12,890 nt of DNA from an uncultured Deinococcales bacterium (lineage in GTDB: Bacteria; Deinococcota; Deinococci; Deinococcales; JAAFIG01). The first letter of the stretch is position 1. Every line of letters starts with the position of its first letter. The position numbers and the translations under genes are program-made. Shown here one piece after another: positions 6,491 to 12,890 of this stretch. The stretch is from positions 1 through 12,890 of the forward strand of contig CAXTTL010000137.1 of assembly GCA_964247135.1 (NCBI GenBank). Direction: 5' to 3'. Under the pieces are notes generated by a model, which saw only the letters and a program-made list of their open reading frames with translations, was not told the origin of the DNA and did no database searches.

Positions 6491-6862
6491 TTACGGTGTG
6501 ACCATTAGTTGATTTAAGTAAACGTTTTGTTTTTGAAGTTCTGAATGCAATTGCCAATCATGGGCTGGATTTTGCTTCTTGCTTGGTGAAATTCCATACA
6601 AAAGAATTAAATCCAGTTCTTGACCACGGCGTTTGAAATCGGTTCGAAAACCCATGCTACAAACTTCCTTTTCAATCCTGTCGATATGAAATGGCTCGAG
6701 TTCTTTTGGATCAAAGATCAGCGCGTGGTTGCCATTGCCATCGACGAAGACGGTGTTTGAATGAATGCCGAGAACAGCCAACGAGCACTTGATGGCGTTG
6801 GCAATGTTCGTAAACGAGGGGGTTAGTCCGTGGTACGAGGCGTTCTCGATTTCGTTTTTCAT
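6491..6862 (-). CDS. Hypothetical protein (123 aa)
   Basis: Clean ORF co-oriented with neighbours, 45 nt after the DGC stop; no family recognised. Confidence 0.75.
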   Translation of the reverse strand: MKNEIENASYHGLTPSFTNIANAIKCSLAVLGIHSNTVFVDGNGNHALIFDPKELEPFHIDRIEKEVCSMGFRTDFKRRGQELDLILLYGISPSKKQNPAHDWQLHSELQKQNVYLNQLMVTP

Positions 6863-6907
6863 GACTTATCTTGCACAACTCGAGTGCCAAGCTGTCAAAT
6901 ACCGCCT

Positions 6908-8530
6908 TTATGACGAGGTTTGGACTTGATTTTTGCCGTTGGCTTTGGCGCGGTAGAGCGCCTGATCGGCTGCCTCAAGCATGACTTTCGGGTGGTCGCG
7001 CCGGTCGGTCAAACCAAAACTCGCAGTCACTTTGAGGTCTGGATTGATTTCCTGCCAAGTGTGGTTTTGGATAGCCAATCGCATTCGTTCACAAATGGAT
7101 TTTGCCGTACCCAACGTCGCACCCTTGAAGATGATCACAAATTCCTCGCCACCATACCGCGCATAGAAATCCATTTGCCTGAGCACCGATTTGGTGATTT
7201 TGGCCAGCATCTTCAAGACCTCGTCGCCGGTGGTGTGACCGAAGGTGTCGTTGACTTTTTTAAAGCTGTCGCCATCAAAGAGCGCCAGACAGAATGGTCC
7301 ACCCAAGTCATGAATGTTTTTCAGCGTCTCGTCAAAGAACCTGCGGTTTGGTGCCAGGGTCAAGCCGTCTAGGCGCGAAAGCTGGTCGAGCGAACGCACT
7401 TGGGTCTCGAGGTTTTGACTGTGAACCTCCAGCCGTTCCGCCTCGCGTTTGGCACGCTCCAGGGCCAGTTTGGTCTCAAAACGTGCCGCCTCGCGGCTGG
7501 CTTCGGCGCTGTGGAGGTCCAGCATGATCGCGAGGTAGGTTTTGTGGTGTTCGAGGGCTGATTTGAAGTCAGCGAGCTGCTCAAAGGTCTGGCTCATCGT
7601 CAGCTCTGCCCGAGATTTGAGGTCGGCTGGCAGGTCACGCTCGAGCGCAGCCTCGAGCAGGGGCAAGGCGCGTTGCGGCTCATTGGTTTCGAGGTACATG
7701 ACGGCCAGATGCGTTTGAGCTTGCGCCAGGGCAATGCCCCTAGGCGCAGTCGGCTCAAAGTCGTATTTGGCTCGTGCCCGCTCGAGCGATGTTTCGAGGA
7801 TTTTGAGGGCTTCTTGGTTTTGACCGAGCGCCCGGTAAATTTGGGCGCTCGAACTGTACGCCGATTCGGCCAAAGTATGGCTTTTTAATTCCCTCGCTGT
7901 GGTGAAAGCGAATTTTAAGCTTTTTTTGGCGGATTCAAACCAATTGTTGGCCCGGTTAGGGTTGTCTTCTTTGAGGGCGTTCTGACCGAGGTTTAAATAG
8001 GCAAACGCCAGGTTGGCACTGGTCACCGCCTCACGGTATTTGTCACCTTTTTTGCGAAATATCTCTTGGGCTTTGCGGTGTTCGGTTAGCGCCATTTCGT
8101 TCTCGCCCAATCGCTGGTGCAATCCGGCGATGTTGTTGAGCACGATGCCCTCGAAGATGACAAGCTTATTCTGATTGGCAAGTTCAAGGGCATTCATAAA
8201 ATGTCTCGAGGCGTCGCTGTAATCTCCGAGGTTGACGGTGATCTCGCCAAGCGCGTTGAGGGCTTTGACTTGGTACTCGATGTTGTTGACATCTTTGCCG
8301 TGCTCGAGCGATTGATGCCAGGCGATGCTGGCGCCGCTCGAGTCTCCGTTGACCTGGCAGCAGCGTGCCAGCGTGGCATAGGCGAGGCTTAAGAGTGCCG
8401 TGTCGCTGAGTTTCATGGCACTGTCGAGCGTGTCGTGTGCCAATTCCAGCGCTTTTGATGGTTGCGTCTCGAGGTATTCAAGGGCTTTGGCGCACCTGGC
8501 TTCCTCGAGGGAGATGGCTTTATCTTTCAT
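6908..8530 (-). CDS. TPR-repeat diguanylate cyclase (GGDEF)
   Basis: TPR/MalT-like repeats (ALNALGEI, VLNNIAGL), coiled-coil linker, DGLTLAPNRR, DGDSFKKVNDTFGH..GD, I-site RQMD, A-site RYGGEEF, ADQALYRAK. Confidence 0.95.
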   Translation of the reverse strand: MKDKAISLEEARCAKALEYLETQPSKALELAHDTLDSAMKLSDTALLSLAYATLARCCQVNGDSSGASIAWHQSLEHGKDVNNIEYQVKALNALGEITVNLGDYSDASRHFMNALELANQNKLVIFEGIVLNNIAGLHQRLGENEMALTEHRKAQEIFRKKGDKYREAVTSANLAFAYLNLGQNALKEDNPNRANNWFESAKKSLKFAFTTARELKSHTLAESAYSSSAQIYRALGQNQEALKILETSLERARAKYDFEPTAPRGIALAQAQTHLAVMYLETNEPQRALPLLEAALERDLPADLKSRAELTMSQTFEQLADFKSALEHHKTYLAIMLDLHSAEASREAARFETKLALERAKREAERLEVHSQNLETQVRSLDQLSRLDGLTLAPNRRFFDETLKNIHDLGGPFCLALFDGDSFKKVNDTFGHTTGDEVLKMLAKITKSVLRQMDFYARYGGEEFVIIFKGATLGTAKSICERMRLAIQNHTWQEINPDLKVTASFGLTDRRDHPKVMLEAADQALYRAKANGKNQVQTSS

Positions 8531-9534
8531 CGAGCGATTTTTACGGCTTGTGAGATGAGGTCGCCCTCATGGCTGATGACGTTTGGCGTCACAACAGGCA
8601 GATAGGCTGTACCGTTTGTTTCGTACACCTGGGCGGTGGTGACTTGGACTTTGTCGCCGTTGCTTAGGTCATAGACGACAGAACTGGTATTGCCAACACC
8701 ATAGGTGGTTTCACCGATGATCGGGTGCGTTGAATACAGTTGAATGTCTTGAGCGAAAAATTCCGCACAGCTTGCGGTTACGCGGTTGACCATGACTGCC
8801 AACTTTCCCGTCCACTGCGTTGGGTTTTCGAGTGTTAATACTTCTTTGGCGGGTTTGCCTGCGATCTGCTCATAATAGACGCCGTCGCGGTAGCCCTCGA
8901 GCTTTTGATTGTACTTTTCGACACTCAGCCGCTCAAAGTTGCCGATGAAGGCTCCAACCCCTGCCGCACATTGCTTTGGCGTGCCACCTTGGTTGTCGCG
9001 CAAATCGACGATGATGGTCTCGCCTTTTTGGGCATTGACCAGATTGACGAGTTGGTGGATCCGATCTGCGGTTTTCTCGTTGTTAAAGGCTGGTATTTTC
9101 AAACGGTAAACACCGATCGTCACCAGCTCGAGACTGGGCAACTGTTCGCTGTCGTCAATGGAAGAGCTTGCCGTTTGACGGCTGTTTGGGTGTTTGGTGC
9201 TCGCTTTTTGGGTCGGATTGAGGTTGATGGACAAGTAGTTCGTGTGTTTGTCGCTAATCTCGAGGACCATCGATTGCAGGATTGGCACTGATTTCTCAAT
9301 CGCGCATTGGGCATTCGTGTGGCATTCCGCCTCGAGCTGCGCCTGGTATTTGGCTTGCAATGCCTCAAGATCAACATTTGAGAATCCGTTGTAGAGCTTC
9401 ATGCGGTTCGTCGCCTCGGTAAACAGGGCTTGGGCTGGCGAAGCTTTGTTCTGGTTGTTGCCTGTGGCTTGACTGATCCCACAGACCATTAACATGATGA
9501 GCAAAATGGCGTAATGAGTTGATTTGTTTTTCAT
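8527..9534 (-). CDS. Secreted S41-family peptidase lacking a PDZ domain
   Basis: Signal peptide (..VCGISQA), DKH, VDLRDNQGG, TASCAE, GETTYGVG; SD AGGAG; ATGA overlap with the DGC gene. Confidence 0.9.
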   Translation of the reverse strand: MKNKSTHYAILLIMLMVCGISQATGNNQNKASPAQALFTEATNRMKLYNGFSNVDLEALQAKYQAQLEAECHTNAQCAIEKSVPILQSMVLEISDKHTNYLSINLNPTQKASTKHPNSRQTASSSIDDSEQLPSLELVTIGVYRLKIPAFNNEKTADRIHQLVNLVNAQKGETIIVDLRDNQGGTPKQCAAGVGAFIGNFERLSVEKYNQKLEGYRDGVYYEQIAGKPAKEVLTLENPTQWTGKLAVMVNRVTASCAEFFAQDIQLYSTHPIIGETTYGVGNTSSVVYDLSNGDKVQVTTAQVYETNGTAYLPVVTPNVISHEGDLISQAVKIAR

Positions 9535-9630
9535 GGTTGCGCTCCTGCGTTGACGTTGCTTGAGAAGACCTTGTGGTTATTCTATGTGACTTTGGCTTTT
9601 ATTTTAGTGTCTTTTCCTGTTGGGATGGCA

Positions 9631-9659
9631 AACGACCCCACAGGAAATGTGGGGTCGTT
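9631..9659. terminator. 12-bp hairpin between the two S41 genes (terminator or stability element)
   Basis: AACGACCCCACA-ggaaa-TGTGGGGTCGTT; only a short U tail on -. Confidence 0.6.
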
Positions 9660-9684
9660 AGGGGTTTAAAAATGTTTGGGTTCT

Positions 9685-10956
9685 TTATTTGGCGACTTCG
9701 ACCGCTTTTTCAAACAGCGTGTCTTGTCCCGTCGCCGCGAAAGTATCGAGGTCATCCGACTGGGCGATGTCGGGTGTGACTGCCTCTGGATAGGGATCGC
9801 CGTTGACTCGGGTGCTTCTGAGAGTTGCGACTTGTACCCCGCCTTTGTTGATCAATGGAAAGATGAAAGTCCCGGTGTTTCCCACCCCAAAGGTTTTCTC
9901 GCCAATGACTGGGGCGCGCTTAGCGAATTGCACGTCGGCCGCGAAATACTCGGCGCACGATCCGGATTCTTTGTTGACGATCACACTGAGCTTGCCCTTC
10001 CACAGGGCGGGATTGGCGATGGTGTAGACCGTGCCAAGTTTGGTTCCATCCGGGGTTCGTGTGTAGACCTCCCCGTTTTTGTAGCCATCAATTCTCGAGC
10101 CTGTTCGGCTGCTTCTGAGGCGCTCGAGGTCGCCGATGAACGCCCCTACGCCACTGAGGCATTCCGTGGATAGCCCACCACCGTCGTTTCTGAGGTCAAC
10201 GATCAGGCTGGTGACGTTTTTGGCTTCGGCGTCATGGACAAGTTGATGAATGGTTTTGCCTGTGTCGGGATTGATGAAACTGGGGATGTTGAGTCGGTAC
10301 ACTCCATTGCCCTGATCCTCTAAATAGGGCAATTGGGTGTATTGGAAGACGGCTGGAGTGGCGGTCAGTTTTATGGTTTGGGTGCCGCGCTCGACCACGT
10401 ATTCGATTGGTTTGCCCTCTTGGGCCATCGCCGCGTGTTCAACTGACAATGTCTCTCGTGTGTTGCCCCATTGTTTGCCGTTAAAGCTCAAAATCAGGTC
10501 GCCACGTTTGAACCCTGCGCCTGCACCAGGGCTTCCTGGCAAGACTTCCAAGATTCTGACAGCATTGCGTTTGAACAATGGGGTCAAGCGAACCCCGAGT
10601 ATTGGTCTGGGTGTAACTACGCCGCCCGGTGTCGTGCTGTCCATTAAGTTTTTGTAATCCTCGGGTGAGTAGTAGTTCACGTGGTTGTCGTTGAGGTCTT
10701 TGAGCAAATTTTCAATGATTGGCTCTGCCGTGGCGAAGGGACACGCTGGATCAACCCCACATTTTTCGCTGAGCTGGGCGCTGTACTTTTGATCAAGCGC
10801 CTTTAGATCAGCCGTTGAAAACCCGTTGTACTGGCTGCTCACGTAAAAAATGGCTTGGTCGTACAAATCCCTGGCGGGGCTGTTGACAATGGTTTGTGCG
10901 TAGCCTGCCCCTGCGAGCAGCAAAACAGCCAGGGTTGTTGCGATGGTTCGTCTCAT
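9685..10956 (-). CDS. Secreted S41-family peptidase with PDZ domain
   Basis: Signal peptide (..AGAGYA), DNH, PDZ (LGVRL...VLPGSPGAGAGFKRGDLILSFNG), VDLRNDGGG, SGSCAE, GEKTFGVG; SD GGAGG and -10 TACAAT (10979-10974). Confidence 0.93.
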   Translation of the reverse strand: MRRTIATTLAVLLLAGAGYAQTIVNSPARDLYDQAIFYVSSQYNGFSTADLKALDQKYSAQLSEKCGVDPACPFATAEPIIENLLKDLNDNHVNYYSPEDYKNLMDSTTPGGVVTPRPILGVRLTPLFKRNAVRILEVLPGSPGAGAGFKRGDLILSFNGKQWGNTRETLSVEHAAMAQEGKPIEYVVERGTQTIKLTATPAVFQYTQLPYLEDQGNGVYRLNIPSFINPDTGKTIHQLVHDAEAKNVTSLIVDLRNDGGGLSTECLSGVGAFIGDLERLRSSRTGSRIDGYKNGEVYTRTPDGTKLGTVYTIANPALWKGKLSVIVNKESGSCAEYFAADVQFAKRAPVIGEKTFGVGNTGTFIFPLINKGGVQVATLRSTRVNGDPYPEAVTPDIAQSDDLDTFAATGQDTLFEKAVEVAK

Positions 10957-11014
10957 ATTTTCCTCCGATTTTGATTGTATGACCCTTGGCTGTGCGTTCA
11001 GTGTGATGTGGCTT

Positions 11015-11956
11015 TCAAGTCAAAAACCTTTCGAGTTGACTGATTTTTTGCTCGAGCGACTGCTTTGCGATCTCGAATTCCTGCCTCGCTGTCTCGAATT
11101 GTCTGCGTTTTTCGCCACGAAATTTCGCTTTTTTACTTCGGGTTTCAATCGATTTGAGCCGACGCTCGAACGATACTGTGGAAACCCGTGATTCACCCAA
11201 AGTTTCGTTGATTTTTTGCAGTAAGTCTTTGCGTTTGAGCTTGCCCTTTTCCAGTGCCGTAATTAATTCGCGTCGGGTTTTCTCAGATGTAATGCGGTTG
11301 AGTTCAAACACATCTGTGCGTCCAATCAGATTGGTACGGTAGGCATCTCGGATGTCTTTGTCCATGCTCACAATAGGTAAGTAGTTCCGCACGTAAGTTG
11401 GTAACTTTTTCCAAGAGTACGAGTCAAAAGCTTCCAGTATTTTTTTGACGGTGTTGGCGTAGGTCGCACCACCTGTTTCACCATCCAGAAGTTTCTTTAA
11501 GCTTTTGTTTTCGATGTGAAACTTGGTTTGATTCAGTATTTTGATCAGGTTTTCAGCCGATAGTGTCGTCCGATCCAGCAAATTTAAGAACAGGTATTCG
11601 GCTTTGTCCAGGTCGTGCAGATTTTCACGCTGTATGTTTTCATTCCACGCCACTTGAGAGCGTTCCAACATGCCCTCGAGTCCTGAGTGTTCAAATTCCA
11701 AAACTTCCACTTTAACGCTGGTTAAGCCTGCCAATTCAACCGCGCGTCGTCGTCGTTCACCGCCGATCACTGCATAGGGTTTTTCTTTGCCTCCAACGTG
11801 CTCAACTTGAATAGCAACGGTTACATCTCCGTCTAGTTTGATTGCTTTTGCCAAGTCTTTGATGCTTTTTTTATCGTAGGTAGTTCTTGGCGACACTGCA
11901 CTTGGCGCAATCAATTTCGGATCGATGTATTCGATTCTCGACTTTTGTTTTGGCAT
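11015..11956 (-). CDS. parB: ParB-family protein (ParB-2)
   Basis: SPRTTY, LAKAIKLDG, IGGERRRRA, ENIQRENL motifs; basic coiled-coil C-terminus. Confidence 0.9.
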   Translation of the reverse strand: MPKQKSRIEYIDPKLIAPSAVSPRTTYDKKSIKDLAKAIKLDGDVTVAIQVEHVGGKEKPYAVIGGERRRRAVELAGLTSVKVEVLEFEHSGLEGMLERSQVAWNENIQRENLHDLDKAEYLFLNLLDRTTLSAENLIKILNQTKFHIENKSLKKLLDGETGGATYANTVKKILEAFDSYSWKKLPTYVRNYLPIVSMDKDIRDAYRTNLIGRTDVFELNRITSEKTRRELITALEKGKLKRKDLLQKINETLGESRVSTVSFERRLKSIETRSKKAKFRGEKRRQFETARQEFEIAKQSLEQKISQLERFLT

Positions 11957-11962
11957 GGTTTG

Positions 11963-11971
11963 AGTTTATCA
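11963..11971 (-). promoter_or_regulatory. Extended -10 box of a leaderless parB-2 promoter
   Basis: TGaTAAACT followed by 6 nt (caaacc) and then the ATG; no SD. Confidence 0.6.
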
Positions 11972-11990
11972 CTTTTGTTTTTCACATTCC

Positions 11991-12889
11991 ACGTCGAGTG
12001 CTAGGGGATATTCATCGTAAAAGGTGAAGCTGGTGGTATGTCCAGTACACGCCAGCTCCTCACCCAGCATACCCTCGAACACCTCTTCACCATCGTCTAC
12101 ACCGTCACGGACGATTACCTCAAGCAATCTCAGCAAGCAAACCGATTTAAACTCTGCGAAGCCAAAAATCAAAAAGCCACTTACGCCGAACTTATGACCA
12201 TCGCTTTGGTTGGTGAACTCTTAAATCAACCCGAAACTGGGACTTGGTTCATGCTAATTCGCAACGAGTTCAAACATTTATTCCAAAAGCTCCCAGATGT
12301 CACCCGTTACTACCGTATTTTGCGTAATCTTGAACGTGTTTGGGCTGATTTTGCCTTGTGTTTAGCCAACAGTGTTGATGATGAAACCACCTACAGCACA
12401 GACTCGAAACCAATACCAATTTGTAAATTGAAACGCAGTAAGTTCCCTCGAGCAATGACCGAAGCCAGCAAGGGTTTCAGCACAATGGGCGGTGTGTACG
12501 GCTTTAAATTACACGCAGTGGTGAACAATCTCAAAATGCTATGTCGCTTTGCGATTGTTCCAGCAAATGAAGCGGATGTCAGTGTTGCTCGAGCTTTAAT
12601 CAATCCTGATTGGGATGAGTTGGATCGGATTTTAGGGGATAAAGCTTATGTGGGTATGGGCATTTTTACGCCACCTAAAGTCAACTCGAAGCATCCAGGA
12701 GCGTGGACGAAATTGATGGATTCGGCACGGAAGTTGGTCGAGACTGTTTTCTCCAGTTTAAGTCGGGGAAAACATTTGGTGTTAGGGCAGTTAAATTCGT
12801 TCTGGTCGGTACGGGCGAGTACGTGTCGGAAGATTGCAGCTCATAATTTAGGGATTTGGTTAGGGCTATGAACCGATAGCACTCGACGT
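11991..12889 (+). mobile_element. IS982-family insertion sequence, 899 bp
   Basis: Perfect 13-bp terminal IRs ACGTCGAGTGCTA (11991-12003) and TAGCACTCGACGT (12877-12889), 5'-AC ends, single transposase ORF. Confidence 0.9.
12038..12871 (+). CDS. IS982-family DDE transposase
   Basis: DSKPIPIC, YGFKLHAVV, LGDKAY, RKLVETVFSSL motifs; 277 aa, uninterrupted. Confidence 0.93.
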   Translation: MSSTRQLLTQHTLEHLFTIVYTVTDDYLKQSQQANRFKLCEAKNQKATYAELMTIALVGELLNQPETGTWFMLIRNEFKHLFQKLPDVTRYYRILRNLERVWADFALCLANSVDDETTYSTDSKPIPICKLKRSKFPRAMTEASKGFSTMGGVYGFKLHAVVNNLKMLCRFAIVPANEADVSVARALINPDWDELDRILGDKAYVGMGIFTPPKVNSKHPGAWTKLMDSARKLVETVFSSLSRGKHLVLGQLNSFWSVRASTCRKIAAHNLGIWLGL

Positions 12890-12890
12890 A

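Noticed and set aside
6863-6899. Perfect -35 TTGACA upstream of CDS 6491..6862
   Set aside because: No TANNNT at 16-18 nt spacing, so a promoter cannot be supported.
9627-9680. c-di-GMP-I riboswitch-like GGCAAAC...GAAA hairpin near the DGC operon
   Set aside because: Antisense to the genes and lacks the GACGCAAAG junction and P3 stem; a plain hairpin explains it.
4285-10657. Longer + strand ORFs such as 4285..4848, 6920..7372, 8905..9291 and 9676..10173
   Set aside because: Antisense shadows of well-supported - strand genes, with no motifs or initiation signals.
11981-12890. IS target-site duplication
   Set aside because: Only one base of right flank is visible; cannot be tested.

Overview
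About 12.9 kb of accessory (plasmid/island-like) DNA, roughly 50% GC by eye, most consistent with a Deinococcota host (inference from a DdrI-like CRP, a TPR-GGDEF protein and the S41 peptidase type). Almost all genes are on the - strand. In transcription order (right to left): ParB, two paralogous secreted S41 peptidases (one with PDZ, one without), a TPR-GGDEF diguanylate cyclase, a hypothetical protein, an NDT/deoxyribohydrolase-like::CRP fusion regulator, a small protein, a lipoprotein, a short DnaG-type primase, a degenerate sigma-70 protein, two hypotheticals, and a second ParB that the ORF track missed because it runs off the left edge. A complete IS982-family element fills the right end. 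Unannotated structure found by reading: (1) a CRP-type TGTGA/TGTTG half-site exactly 36 nt upstream of a TANNNT -10 box at four promoters; (2) a candidate ~150-nt small RNA divergent from the sigma-like gene and sharing its CRP box; (3) a 62-aa hydrophobic + strand gene; (4) loss of the region 4.2 HTH and Trp dyad in the sigma-like protein; (5) about 14-fold excess of CTCGAG. All family calls are from motif recognition by eye; no searches were run.
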